A stretch of 64,000 bases of DNA, from contig OY843751.1 of assembly GCA_963693055.1 (NCBI GenBank), positions 3,936,001-4,000,000 on the forward strand. Direction: 5' to 3'. The notes below the pieces were generated by a model. The model was given only the letters and a program-made list of their open reading frames with translations, searched no databases and was not told the DNA's origin. Positions within the stretch are counted from its first letter, which is position 1. Every line of letters begins with the position of its first letter. This document shows, one piece after another, positions 29,961 through 40,658 of the stretch. This stretch comes from a bacterium (GTDB taxonomy: Bacteria > Zhuqueibacterota > Zhuqueibacteria > Residuimicrobiales > Krinioviventaceae). The translations under genes and the position numbers were made by a program.

Positions 29961-31598
29961 ATGCGCATTTTAAATCACAATATATTCCTGTTGCTGCTCT
30001 TCATGCTATCCACATTGCGGGCAGCAACATTTATCGTTGACACGCAACACCCTCAAGCGGACGATACAAATCCCGGCACGCTTTTACTTCCCTGGGCAAC
30101 GATTTCTCATGCTGTTGAAACCGCAATTGCAGGAGATTCGGTATTGATACGGACCGGCACCTATCACGAGCACATTGTCTTTGCGAACAGCGGCTCCTCA
30201 GAAAATGGTCCTATTGTTTATTCCGGATACAAGAACGAGATCCCTATTGTTGATGGTACTGATGTTCAGGAATCACAAAACGGCATTATAATTGACAAGG
30301 ATTATATTGTACTTCAGGGACTTGAAATCCAAAACTGGCAGGGCAACGGCATTTGGATCACTCATGCAGCAAACACAATACTGAATGACTGTGAGGTGCA
30401 TGATATAACGTTTGGTATAGGCGTGTCTGATGGATCACACGATTTTCAGTTCAACCGGGTTGAGGTGCACCATTTTACTTTTTACGGATTCGATGTCTCT
30501 CCTTCCGGCGGTGCGGACTGTTACAATGGCACATTCAACAACTGTATTGCGCACACCGGTAACGATCCCGAGCAGAATGTAGACGGATTCGCTTTGGGAC
30601 ATGGTTCTCAACACCATTTCACCTTTAACCACTGTATTACCTACAATGTATATGACGGATTTGATATCAGTTCAGCGCAATCCACGTTAAATGCATGCCT
30701 GGCTTATAACTGTGGCAATGGTTGCTATAAATTGTGGCAGGACCAGTTAGAGCTTGTCAACTGCATCGGATACAATGGCAATATCACTGTGGTAGAACTG
30801 GACTGGGACGGTGAACCAGGCAAGAGTTCGCTAACCAATTGCACTTTTTTCAACAGCGGCACATTTACCATTTGGATTGAAAACGCGGCAGACACCCTAA
30901 ATATGCACAATTGCATTGTTGCCGGTGGTGATAACATCGGGCTGGCATTTGAACAGCCGGGCATTGGCAATTATATTGGCGATTATAACCTGTTCCAGAA
31001 TGATAATCCCTCTCGCGCTATTGCCGTGGCGTATTCGGACGAGTTTAGTATCAGCCAGTTAGCAGATAGCTCCTGGAACAGCTATAGCGGTCAGGATGCC
31101 CATTCACTCACCACGGAAATGGATACCGATATATTTATGGCTCCGGCAGATAATAACCTGCATTTAGGTGCAAACTCTCCCGCTCTGGATAGCGGAACCT
31201 CTGTGGGTGCACCGGAAATCGATTTTGATGGAAAAGCTCGTCCCGTAGAAAACGGATACGATATGGGAGCATTCGAGTATGGCTTGTCAACCGGAATAAA
31301 AAATACAGAGAATACTACAGACCATTATAGCCTATTTGGTAATTATCCCAATCCTTTTAATGCGACTACACGGATCCAATTTAACCTGCCCAAGTCGGAA
31401 CAGGTACAATTGACCCTATACAACATTCGGGGCAACAAAATCAGAACGTTAATCAACAAGCAATTGACCGCCGGACAGCATACAATACAGTGGAATGGAC
31501 TGGACGATCAGGGGAACGCTGTTGCAAGCGGAATTTATTTCTGTAAACTCGAATGCGCCAATATGCAACAGGTTATCAGGATGATACTTGAAAAGTGA
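29961..31598 (+). CDS. Secreted right-handed beta-helix protein with choice-of-anchor-Q-like segment and C-terminal sorting/FlgD-Ig domain
   Basis: PWATI..A...AGDSVLIRTGTY, Asn-rich repeats, SPALDSG...DMGAFE, NYPNPFN...SGIYF. Confidence 0.85.
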   Translation: MRILNHNIFLLLLFMLSTLRAATFIVDTQHPQADDTNPGTLLLPWATISHAVETAIAGDSVLIRTGTYHEHIVFANSGSSENGPIVYSGYKNEIPIVDGTDVQESQNGIIIDKDYIVLQGLEIQNWQGNGIWITHAANTILNDCEVHDITFGIGVSDGSHDFQFNRVEVHHFTFYGFDVSPSGGADCYNGTFNNCIAHTGNDPEQNVDGFALGHGSQHHFTFNHCITYNVYDGFDISSAQSTLNACLAYNCGNGCYKLWQDQLELVNCIGYNGNITVVELDWDGEPGKSSLTNCTFFNSGTFTIWIENAADTLNMHNCIVAGGDNIGLAFEQPGIGNYIGDYNLFQNDNPSRAIAVAYSDEFSISQLADSSWNSYSGQDAHSLTTEMDTDIFMAPADNNLHLGANSPALDSGTSVGAPEIDFDGKARPVENGYDMGAFEYGLSTGIKNTENTTDHYSLFGNYPNPFNATTRIQFNLPKSEQVQLTLYNIRGNKIRTLINKQLTAGQHTIQWNGLDDQGNAVASGIYFCKLECANMQQVIRMILEK

Positions 31599-31700
31599 GA
31601 TCATGCTGATAGCTAAAAGCTATCAGCTTTTAGCTAATTTCCAACTTACAGTTTTAATAACTTGTCATACTCATCAATCATTTTCATTATAAACTTGAAT

Positions 31701-31729
31701 AAAAAAAAGCCCGGCATCTCTACCGGGCT
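31701..31729 (-). terminator. Rho-independent terminator of ECF operon
   Basis: A8-GCCCGG-CATCTCTA-CCGGGC. Confidence 0.75.
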
Positions 31730-31773
31730 AATATAATTCTCTGATTACGGAGTACTGAAAACTGATCATCTGC

Positions 31774-32364
31774 CTACCATCTCAACGTATCTGTTTCTCC
31801 CAGCAACTCGTTCAAGCGTCTTTCAATAATCAGTGGCTTTTGTTCTTTGCGTTCCGAAACCATTTCACGGAGTTTGGTAAGTTCTTTTTCAAGACGTTCA
31901 ATTTTACGTTCCTTATCTGCTTCACGAAGTACAAACAGCTCGTTTAAAAGGCCCTGCAATTCCGAACGGATCTCTTTTTTGCGGGTATCGTCTTCACTTT
32001 TACGGAATTCGCGGGACAATGAGCGGCACTGTTTTTCGAGCTCGCTCTTGCGTTTTTGCTCTTCGTATTGCTCGGGATCGCGTTCTTTGAGCAGATTCCA
32101 TCGGTTCATTTCATTTTCCAACCTAAACAATTCCAGCTCATAACGCTCGGGTCGGCGTTCTCTTAACAGTATGAGTTCATCATACATGTCTTCACTTTCT
32201 TTGGCATATTCCAGCACTTCATCCTCGTTGACCTCAATCTCCCGAACCTTGTCTGCTGTCTTTATTTTTTCCTTAACCTTTACCGGTTCGGGCTTTGGCT
32301 GCGCATAGACAAAAGAAACTGAAAGCAAAGCCAGCATCGTCCCTAAAATCAATGTTTTTTTCAT
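31774..32364 (-). CDS. Secreted charged coiled-coil protein (third gene of ECF operon)
   Basis: Signal peptide, E/K/R-rich helices. Confidence 0.7.
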   Translation of the reverse strand: MKKTLILGTMLALLSVSFVYAQPKPEPVKVKEKIKTADKVREIEVNEDEVLEYAKESEDMYDELILLRERRPERYELELFRLENEMNRWNLLKERDPEQYEEQKRKSELEKQCRSLSREFRKSEDDTRKKEIRSELQGLLNELFVLREADKERKIERLEKELTKLREMVSERKEQKPLIIERRLNELLGETDTLRW

Positions 32365-32384
32365 GGTGTTCTCCTGTATGTTAT

Positions 32385-32987
32385 TTAAAATGATGTTAAC
32401 GATAATTCACGCGAGAGATTATAAATCTCTTGCTCAATCCTGTCCAATTGCTGCTCGGTTTGAGATTTGACAATACCCAAAACCAAATTCCCATAATCAT
32501 CCAGCTCCTGATCGCCATTCGGTACCTGAATATCATCAATCTGATCTTCCAGATATTCCAGAGAATCGTCTACCCCGGTGTTCCAGGCCAGATTGTGAAT
32601 TTCGGAATTTGTATTTATATCCTGTTCCGGAACGGGGGCCCAAACCGCAAACAAGATGATCACCACAGCCAGGCCAGCAAGCGCCGGTGACCATACCGGG
32701 TGTACCCCGGCAGTTCGGAGCTTGGTTAAAAATTGATATAGAAAACTCTGTTTCTTGATGTGGGGCTGTACTATGGGTGCATTATCAACCAATACATGAA
32801 TGTGATTTTCATCAATGAGTTCCGGTTCCAATGAACGGTATGTACCCAAAGTTTCCTTTAATTCATCTACTGCACGCTGGCAGGATTCACATGTTTCAAG
32901 GTGTTCCTGAAACGCAAAACGCTCATTATCATCCAGTTCTTTATATACATAAAGCAAAGGATACTCTTTAATATATTTACAAGACAT
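32385..32987 (-). CDS. Anti-sigma factor with zf-HC2 zinc finger
   Basis: C...HLETCESC (HxxxCxxC), single TM; overlaps sigma gene. Confidence 0.88.
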   Translation of the reverse strand: MSCKYIKEYPLLYVYKELDDNERFAFQEHLETCESCQRAVDELKETLGTYRSLEPELIDENHIHVLVDNAPIVQPHIKKQSFLYQFLTKLRTAGVHPVWSPALAGLAVVIILFAVWAPVPEQDINTNSEIHNLAWNTGVDDSLEYLEDQIDDIQVPNGDQELDDYGNLVLGIVKSQTEQQLDRIEQEIYNLSRELSLTSF

Positions 32988-33582
32988 CTTTTACCTCAAC
33001 GCCTAAATTTTGTTGCAAATGTTCTCTAAGGTGCTGCATGGCATACCGCATTCGTCCTAAAACCGTATTTACCGAACAATGATGAATTGCAGCAATTTCT
33101 TTGAATGACAATCCACCATGCTCTCTCATCAAATAAACTTCTCTCAACTTTGCGGGAAGTGCCAGCACCGCTTTTTCAATCCATTCTTTTTGTTCCTGCT
33201 TTTCGAGTTCTTGCAGTGGAGTGTCATCAGAAATAGCAGAGCAATTTTCAAAATCCACATAACCATCAGAATCACCATCCATGTACTTGAATCTTGTTTT
33301 CTTTTTTCGTACTGAATCGATCATCGCATTACGAGCGATTCGAAATAACCACGCCTGAAAACTTCCCCTGTCGCGATAGTTTGCAAGATCATTAATAACC
33401 CTTACAAAAACATCCTGAGTAATATCTACAGATGTTTCTCGGTTTCCGCACATGCGCAAGACATAGGTGAACACGGAGGAATAATAACGCCTCACCAGAC
33501 AATCCAGTGCAGATTTTGATCCATTCCTATACTGTTCAATCAGTACAGAATCCGTTGAAATTTCCAGTTTTTGTTTTTCCAT
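32977..33582 (-). CDS. ECF RNA polymerase sigma-70 factor
   Basis: DITQDVF, FQAWLFRIARN, LP...REV...GLSFKEIA....VNTVLGRMRYA. Confidence 0.95.
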   Translation of the reverse strand: MEKQKLEISTDSVLIEQYRNGSKSALDCLVRRYYSSVFTYVLRMCGNRETSVDITQDVFVRVINDLANYRDRGSFQAWLFRIARNAMIDSVRKKKTRFKYMDGDSDGYVDFENCSAISDDTPLQELEKQEQKEWIEKAVLALPAKLREVYLMREHGGLSFKEIAAIHHCSVNTVLGRMRYAMQHLREHLQQNLGVEVKDVL

Positions 33583-33722
33583 CTAATAATATAAACGCAC
33601 TATCGTTAAATTTATTGTGTAAAATTTTCGTTTTTAAAAAATATTTTGTATATTCTTACGCCTTGGAACACTCTTAATAATTATAATCATTAGAATATCC
33701 ATTATCAAGTTAAGGATAAAAA

Positions 33723-35612
33723 ATGAAGTATATATTTATCTTACTAATGCTTGTTTCTGTAACTGTATCTGCATTTGAGCTTGCCTCACCGGACCAGTCA
33801 TTAAATATAGAAATTCAAATGGACAAAGAATATTCCGGGTATGCTGCACCAACCTATACATTACATAAAGGCAACACGCTGCTAATGCCCCCTTCCCGTT
33901 TGGGATTTACCCTAGACAATTCACAAAAATCTACAAATCCGGTTAAAATCATTTCCAAACAAGAGACCCGTCAGAATAACAGTTGGCAACCGGTTTATGG
34001 TGAACGAGCAGAAATCCCGGATGTATATAATGAATTAACATTAAACGTTCAGGAAAAAGATACCAATCTTGAATACCAAATCATCTTTCGGGCCTATAAT
34101 GAAGGTATAGCATTCTGCTACCATTTCCCGGAACAACCAGGACTCGAAACTCTACATATCGAAAAAGAATTGACAGAATTTTCCTTTAATAATAACCACA
34201 CAATCTGGGCAGCATATAAAGCCCAGGCAGAATATGAAAAAACTACCATCAATGAAATAAAACCGGGATGTGAACGCCCCCTGGTGATTGAGCAAGATGA
34301 AACCACCTATTTAGCCATTGCAGAAGCCAGACTGGTAGATTACGCGCGCATGAAACTCATGCCGCAGGGTGAAAAGCCCAATACGCTGCTCAGCGATCTG
34401 GCAGGTCCGGTAACACTTGCACTTCCCTGCTCTACACCCTGGAGGGTTGTCATGGTGGGTGACAGTCCCGGAGAACTGCTTGAGAAGAATTATTTGATTC
34501 TGAATCTCAATGATCCCTGTGAGATCAAAGACACCTCATGGATCAAACCCGGCAAGGTAATTCGGGAAACAACATTGACAACTCGTGGTGGCCTCGCTTG
34601 TGTAGATTTTGCAGTGAAGCACAATCTGCAATATGTTGAATTCGATGCCGGCTGGTATGGACATGAATATGATGAGAAATCAGATGCGACAACCATCACT
34701 GTAGATCCCAAACGCTCACCCGGACCATTGGATTTGCATAAAGTTATAAAATACGCCAAAGAACGCAACATTGGCATCATTGTTTACGTTAATCGCAGAG
34801 CGCTTGAAAAGCAACTCGATGAAATACTACCTTTATATGTTCAATGGGGAATCAGCGGAGTCAAATACGGTTTTGTAAACGTTGGTACACAGGAATGGAC
34901 AACCTGGCTGCACATGGCTGTTCGAAAAGCAGCCCAATACAAACTCATGGTAGATGTTCACGATGAATACCGCCCAACCGGCTATACTCGTACCTATCCC
35001 AATTTCATGACACAGGAAGGCATTCGCGGTGATGAAGTACGTCAGCCAAATGAACTAACATTGACGACTTTATTTACTCGCATGATAGCGGGAGCTGGTG
35101 ATAATACTCTCTGCTATTTTAACCCTCGTGTTCCCAAATACAATTCACACGCTTATCAGTTGGCCAAAGCCGTTTGCTTTTACAGTCCCTGGCAATTCCT
35201 GTATTGGTATGACAGGCCCAAAGCTTCTTCTGATCAGATAGATGAGAGCGAGCCAATGAACGGTGTCATTGGTGATGAACCGGAATTGGAATTTTATGAT
35301 GCCATACCCACGGTATGGGATGAAACACAGGTAATTGATGGAAAAATCGGAGAATATGCCATCATAGCCAGACAAAGTGGCAAAACATGGTTTGTAGGCT
35401 GTATGAATAGTGGCAAGGAAAGAGAATTTAATGTTCCATTGACATTCTTATCTCCAAATACAAAATGGTCAGCAACGGTATACAGTAACAATACATCAAT
35501 AAAAACACGTACACAGGTCAAAATCGAAAATATTAAAGTCAGTTCAAAAGATGTAATTACGAAAAGTATTTCCGCACAAGGAGGTTTTGCCATCAGGTTA
35601 GAGTCTCTATAA
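33723..35612 (+). CDS. Glycoside hydrolase family 97
   Basis: FRAYNEGIAF, TPWRV, SWIKPGK, DAGWY, RTYPN..TQEGIRG.E, PTVWDET. Confidence 0.92.
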   Translation: MKYIFILLMLVSVTVSAFELASPDQSLNIEIQMDKEYSGYAAPTYTLHKGNTLLMPPSRLGFTLDNSQKSTNPVKIISKQETRQNNSWQPVYGERAEIPDVYNELTLNVQEKDTNLEYQIIFRAYNEGIAFCYHFPEQPGLETLHIEKELTEFSFNNNHTIWAAYKAQAEYEKTTINEIKPGCERPLVIEQDETTYLAIAEARLVDYARMKLMPQGEKPNTLLSDLAGPVTLALPCSTPWRVVMVGDSPGELLEKNYLILNLNDPCEIKDTSWIKPGKVIRETTLTTRGGLACVDFAVKHNLQYVEFDAGWYGHEYDEKSDATTITVDPKRSPGPLDLHKVIKYAKERNIGIIVYVNRRALEKQLDEILPLYVQWGISGVKYGFVNVGTQEWTTWLHMAVRKAAQYKLMVDVHDEYRPTGYTRTYPNFMTQEGIRGDEVRQPNELTLTTLFTRMIAGAGDNTLCYFNPRVPKYNSHAYQLAKAVCFYSPWQFLYWYDRPKASSDQIDESEPMNGVIGDEPELEFYDAIPTVWDETQVIDGKIGEYAIIARQSGKTWFVGCMNSGKEREFNVPLTFLSPNTKWSATVYSNNTSIKTRTQVKIENIKVSSKDVITKSISAQGGFAIRLESL

Positions 35613-35686
35613 TAAGAGACAAATCTCCTAATACCCATCAGTATCTACGATGGGGATAAATACTCGCAAATACATGCGAAAACAGC

Positions 35687-35715
35687 TTGACTTTGCATAT
35701 TTTTTTTATTAAAAT
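35687..35715 (+). promoter_or_regulatory. Sigma70-type promoter
   Basis: TTGACT-N17-TAAAAT upstream of sensor kinase. Confidence 0.55.
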
Positions 35716-35742
35716 AAATTTCGAGTGCAGTATTTTTAGGCA

Positions 35743-37077
35743 ATGCAATGCATGAGATCAGGGTTGGAATTGAGGGTTAAATTGGGAAAAACTAGAAACA
35801 ATTGGTTTGATACAGAATATCAACCGGAATTTGAAAAATTAATAGACAAACTCGTAACCAATAGTATATATATTATTCTATTGCTTGGAATACCAGCCAT
35901 CGTCAACTCTGTCATAGAGTTTATATATTCTGATATATTCCCGCTTTTCTTTTATTTTGCTCCCGCATTTCTATGCTTGTTTGCTGTGGAAATTTGGAAA
36001 AAAAAGATCCCCCTGGCTACCCGTATTCATATATTCCTATCGTTTATCTACATTACTGGTATTTTATCATTACTGGTATTCAAATTAAATGGTATGGGTA
36101 TTGTTATTTTAACAGCTTTTACAATTATGGCAACCCTTTTCGGTGGTAAACTTAGGGGATATTATATATTCTTCTTATCTCTTGCCAGCATAGTAATCAT
36201 AGCAGCCATGTCATCTTTTCAATGGCTTCCACAAAGTGAAACCACACAACTGGCCAGTTCAACCAGATGGATCATGGCAATAATTGTTTTTAGTATTACT
36301 GGGCTTTGTATTGTTACAACAATAGGAACAATACAAGAGTATCTCATGTCTTCAATAGCAGCTGTAAATGAAAAGAACCAAAAAATAAACGAAACCAACA
36401 AAGTATTAATACAGCAACTTTGGGAACGAAAACAGCAGGAACGCATTATTAAACAAAACAAGGAAGAAAAGATTTTTGTACTTAAAGAACTTCACCATCG
36501 CGTTAAAAACAATCTTCAATTTATACAGAGCCTGTTGGCATTACAATCAAAACAGGTCAAAGATCCCCAAACATTGTCCATGTTTTCAGAGAGCTGTAAC
36601 CGTATCCGTTCTATTGCCATGGTCCATGAAGAGTTGTACCATACCAACAACTTTGCCCATGTCGACCTCACTCAATATATGAACAGAATGATCTATCATC
36701 TCAAGCATCAATATCTGCCAAACAGTATTCCCATTCAGGTCAATGTCAACATTCAACAAGTTACAATGGGTATAGATAAAGCCATCCCCTGTGGATTGAT
36801 TGTCAATGAACTTGTAACCAACGCTATGCAGCATGCATTTAAAATAGAACATCCTACACAACCTTCAATTGATATCATGTTGTATGAAACAGAAGAAAAT
36901 ATTGTACTGAGTGTCAGCGATAACGGGGTTGGAATACCGGTAGAAACCGATATCAAAAATACAACGTCACTGGGATTACAACTTGTACGGGTATTATCAG
37001 TTGATCAACTGGATGGTTCCTTGACTATTTCACGTACCGGCGGAACACAGTTTACTGTAAAATTCCAACACTCTTGA
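35743..37077 (+). CDS. Membrane sensor histidine kinase, HisKA_2 type
   Basis: Multiple TMs, KELHHRVKNNLQ, GLIVNELVTNA, VSDNGVG, SLGL; true start may be downstream. Confidence 0.92.
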   Translation: MQCMRSGLELRVKLGKTRNNWFDTEYQPEFEKLIDKLVTNSIYIILLLGIPAIVNSVIEFIYSDIFPLFFYFAPAFLCLFAVEIWKKKIPLATRIHIFLSFIYITGILSLLVFKLNGMGIVILTAFTIMATLFGGKLRGYYIFFLSLASIVIIAAMSSFQWLPQSETTQLASSTRWIMAIIVFSITGLCIVTTIGTIQEYLMSSIAAVNEKNQKINETNKVLIQQLWERKQQERIIKQNKEEKIFVLKELHHRVKNNLQFIQSLLALQSKQVKDPQTLSMFSESCNRIRSIAMVHEELYHTNNFAHVDLTQYMNRMIYHLKHQYLPNSIPIQVNVNIQQVTMGIDKAIPCGLIVNELVTNAMQHAFKIEHPTQPSIDIMLYETEENIVLSVSDNGVGIPVETDIKNTTSLGLQLVRVLSVDQLDGSLTISRTGGTQFTVKFQHS

Positions 37078-37095
37078 CATTAACCCATTGTTACC

Positions 37096-37262
37096 CCCAC
37101 TTTGGGACATTTTTACCTGCAAATAAAAATGTTTCAAAATTTTATCATTTATCATCACATCATCAATTCCCCACTATGGGCAATCTACTAATATTATTGC
37201 ACTTGTAAACAAGCTTATCATACAAAATAAAATTACTTGTCTTAAATTGGTATGAAATTTGT
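37096..37262 (+). promoter_or_regulatory. Two CCCA-N3-TGGG palindromes plus sigma54-like -24/-12 element upstream of MCP
   Basis: CCCACTTTGGG 37096-37106, CCCACTATGGG 37170-37180, TGGTATGAAATTTGT 37248-37262 (GG-N10-GT). Confidence 0.5.
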
Positions 37263-37492
37263 TATTGATGTATATTTAAAATTCAGAAAAGAATTAATTG
37301 AAATAAACACTCTTGTTAATGATTGATTCAAAAAAGATCAATATACATGTCGGAAAAATCTGACATAATGAAATCACTTGTTAATATCAATTAAAAGTAA
37401 AACCGTCATTACTTTTAATTCAAGTCTGAAGAGATGCAAATATATTAAATAATATATTTATGTTATACTAACAATAAGAAAGGGAACGACTG

Positions 37493-39832
37493 ATGAATCT
37501 TGGGTCTATCAAGTCTAGAATTTCAATTTGGGCGGGAAGCAGTCTGTTATTAGCAGTATTAGCTATTATGATTGTAGGGGCTGTATATGTAAGAAAAGAA
37601 GCAATCAACAGCGCTACACAATTCACTAAAGGTGAAGCGGAAATCAATTCTTCAGGCATTCAAGAAGAGATAAACAAAGCTTTTAATGCAGCAAATACAT
37701 TAGCATATTCTTTGGCTGCATTAAAGAATAATGAAATTGAAAACGAGCTATCGCGTAGTTCTGTTAACAAAATATTAGAAAATATTTTAAAGAACAATAC
37801 TCAATTTCTGGGAATTTATACATGCTGGGAACCTAATGCATTTGATGGCAATGATCAGGAATATATCAATACAGATGGTCATGACAGCAGTGGCAGATAT
37901 ATCCCCTATCTTGTTAGATCAAATGGATCTATTATTTTAGAGCCGTTGCTTGATTATGATTCTTCCGATTATTATCTATTACCCAAAGAATCGAAAAAGG
38001 CAAATATAATTGAGCCCTATATTTACCCTATCAACAATAAAGATGTCTTGTTAACGTCTATTGTTGTACCTATCATGGTAAATGGGACTTTTTATGGTAT
38101 TACAGGTATTGATATAGAACTTGATTTTCTTCAACACATAACAGATGAATTCAACATTTACAACAATAGTGGAGAGTTAATTTTAATCAGTAACAATTAT
38201 ACTCTGGCCGGAATTACAAATCATGCGAATTTGGTGGGTAAACATATGCAAGAATATATTCCCAACTGGCAAGATTATTCAACCGCAATCAACAAGGGTG
38301 AAACATCCATCATCCAAAATTCAGAAAAGCTTACTATTACTGTACCTTTACAGCTGGGCAATACAGATACCCCTTGGGCTGCTATGGTAAATGTGCCTAT
38401 GAACAATATAACAAAACAAGCTAGTTCATTAATGTGGCGGCAATTGGTACTGGGGCTCGTGTTTATTCTACTTGGAGTTGGAATAATCTGGTTCATATCC
38501 GGTCAAATTGCAGAACCCATTAAAACCATTTCAGATGGTGCAAAAGCAATAGCCAAGGGAGATGCCGAGCTGTCTGAAATTGATGATAATATTATTAAAA
38601 AAATATTAAAACGTAAAGATGAACTGGGCGACATCGGTAAGGCATTTGTAGAACTGGTTGAATATTTTAAATATATGGCAGAAAACGCCCAAAAAATTGG
38701 CAATGGCGATCTATCTGCTGATGTTACTCCCAAAAGCGATAAAGATATTTTGGGTCAGTCAATGGTCATGATGAAACAAAGCATTAATTCTATGGCCACT
38801 GACATCAAACTATTGGGTTCCAATTCAATTGATGGTAAACTCGATTCCAGAGTGGATGTATCAAAGCACAAAGGCGAATATGCTGTTATAATTGATGGCA
38901 TTAACAAAACACTCGATTCTATCATTGAACCTATAAATGAAGCAACAGCAGTATTGGAAAAAGTGGCACAACGAGATTTGTCCGTTCGCCTGTCCGGCAA
39001 CTATAAGGGCGATCATGCTAAAATTAAAAAAGCAATCAATACAGCAATGGAGATTTTAGATAATCGAATGCAACAAATTGCATCAGGTGCAGATCAGGTT
39101 TCTTCAGCATCTGAGCAGATTAGCAGAGGTAGCCAGGATATTGCTCAATCTTCAACAGAACAAGCTGGTAATTTGCAAGAGATTTCCAGCAACCTTACAG
39201 AAACATCCTCTCTGACAGAGGCCAACACCCAAAATGCACAACAAGCTAAAATCATGACAGACTCTTCTCTGGAAAGCGCAAAACAAGGTGTAGATAATAT
39301 GAATAAACTATCTGATGCCATCGAAAGGATTAAAAGTTCTGCAGACGAAACCAACAAAATTGTAAAAACAATTGATGAAATTGCCTTTCAAACCAACCTG
39401 CTCGCACTTAACGCAGCCGTTGAGGCGGCCAGAGCCGGAGAATCAGGCAAAGGTTTTGCTGTGGTTGCAGAAGAAGTTAGAAGTCTGGCAATACGAAGTG
39501 CAGAAGCTGCCAAAGATACCGCCAACCTTATTCAAGAATCTGTAACAAATGCAAGTACAGGAGTAACTTTAAACACTCGGGTAATAAGCAGCCTCAACAC
39601 AATGAACGATCAAATAACAAAAATTGGTGAAATGATGAGCGACATTGCTGCCGGATCAGAACAACAGCGCGATGGTATACTTCAAGTCAACGGTGCAATT
39701 GAACAATTAAACCAGCTCACACAACAAAATGCAGCCAACACAGAAGAATCTGCAAGCGCGGCCGAAGAGCTAAGCAGCCAGGCTCAAGAAATGCGTTCTA
39801 TAGCAAACGAGTTTAAGCTAAGTACACTCTAA
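37493..39832 (+). CDS. Methyl-accepting chemotaxis protein with dCache sensor domain
   Basis: [30 protein letters not shown]; HAMP; [21 protein letters not shown]. Confidence 0.95.
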   Translation: MNLGSIKSRISIWAGSSLLLAVLAIMIVGAVYVRKEAINSATQFTKGEAEINSSGIQEEINKAFNAANTLAYSLAALKNNEIENELSRSSVNKILENILKNNTQFLGIYTCWEPNAFDGNDQEYINTDGHDSSGRYIPYLVRSNGSIILEPLLDYDSSDYYLLPKESKKANIIEPYIYPINNKDVLLTSIVVPIMVNGTFYGITGIDIELDFLQHITDEFNIYNNSGELILISNNYTLAGITNHANLVGKHMQEYIPNWQDYSTAINKGETSIIQNSEKLTITVPLQLGNTDTPWAAMVNVPMNNITKQASSLMWRQLVLGLVFILLGVGIIWFISGQIAEPIKTISDGAKAIAKGDAELSEIDDNIIKKILKRKDELGDIGKAFVELVEYFKYMAENAQKIGNGDLSADVTPKSDKDILGQSMVMMKQSINSMATDIKLLGSNSIDGKLDSRVDVSKHKGEYAVIIDGINKTLDSIIEPINEATAVLEKVAQRDLSVRLSGNYKGDHAKIKKAINTAMEILDNRMQQIASGADQVSSASEQISRGSQDIAQSSTEQAGNLQEISSNLTETSSLTEANTQNAQQAKIMTDSSLESAKQGVDNMNKLSDAIERIKSSADETNKIVKTIDEIAFQTNLLALNAAVEAARAGESGKGFAVVAEEVRSLAIRSAEAAKDTANLIQESVTNASTGVTLNTRVISSLNTMNDQITKIGEMMSDIAAGSEQQRDGILQVNGAIEQLNQLTQQNAANTEESASAAEELSSQAQEMRSIANEFKLSTL

Positions 39833-39843
39833 AAAAACATGAT

Positions 39844-39876
39844 ATACTCACCTCGTCCTAAATGCGGGGTGAGTAT
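39844..39876. terminator. Hairpin between convergent MCP and trpF
   Basis: ATACTCACCTCGT...GCGGGGTGAGTAT. Confidence 0.65.
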
Positions 39877-40523
39877 TAATAAACAGCATTCATAAATTTT
39901 TTAACCTGCTCTTCATCCAATTCACCATTCGTACGCAATCCACTGCAAACATCCAGTCCAAAGGGCTTTACATACGCTACAGCTTTGGTAGCATTTTCGG
40001 AATTCAATCCACCAGCAAGATAAACCGGTTTTGAAACCGATTCTACAATTTCCCGGCTCAGGTCCCAGTTGTGAACGCGCCCTGTCCCACCCAATTCTTT
40101 GATCTCTTTATTGGGATCTCCGGAATCAAGCAGAATTGCATCCACAAGGTCCGCCGCTTTTACCGCTTGTTCAACGGATTCTTTGCCGGTCACATGCACC
40201 ACCTGCACAATAGAGATACCGGGCAATGCTTCTTTTAAACGAAGATGACTGAATGGCGGCAGCATATCCACCAACTGGATGGTGTTGCAGCGACAATAAC
40301 GCTGCTGACGAATTATGTCCAACACATCAATTTTGCTTGTTAATAAAAATGAAGCAACACCGGGAGGAACCGTTCCGGCAATCTCGCGTATTTTCTCTTC
40401 CGAGATCACCCCCGGTCCACTCGGCATTTCAGAAACGAATCCCAAAGCAGATGCCCCATACCGAACAGCCATCTCTGTTTCCTGAACAGAATTGATACAG
40501 CAAATTTTAACGCGCATTCTCAT
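39876..40523 (-). CDS. trpF: Phosphoribosylanthranilate isomerase
   Basis: VKICC, LLDS, GGTGRVHNW, LAGGL, P.GLDVCSG. Confidence 0.9.
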   Translation of the reverse strand: MRMRVKICCINSVQETEMAVRYGASALGFVSEMPSGPGVISEEKIREIAGTVPPGVASFLLTSKIDVLDIIRQQRYCRCNTIQLVDMLPPFSHLRLKEALPGISIVQVVHVTGKESVEQAVKAADLVDAILLDSGDPNKEIKELGGTGRVHNWDLSREIVESVSKPVYLAGGLNSENATKAVAYVKPFGLDVCSGLRTNGELDEEQVKKFMNAVY

Positions 40524-40658
40524 GTCTTTCCATTCTAAAATTGTATCAATTTCAATTTTTTTTTATATTCCAGTATTAAAAGGTGTTTTAATTTAATTTA
40601 TTATTATATTAAGAACAACCCTAAACTACAATAGCATCAGTATCCGGAGGTTCATCAG

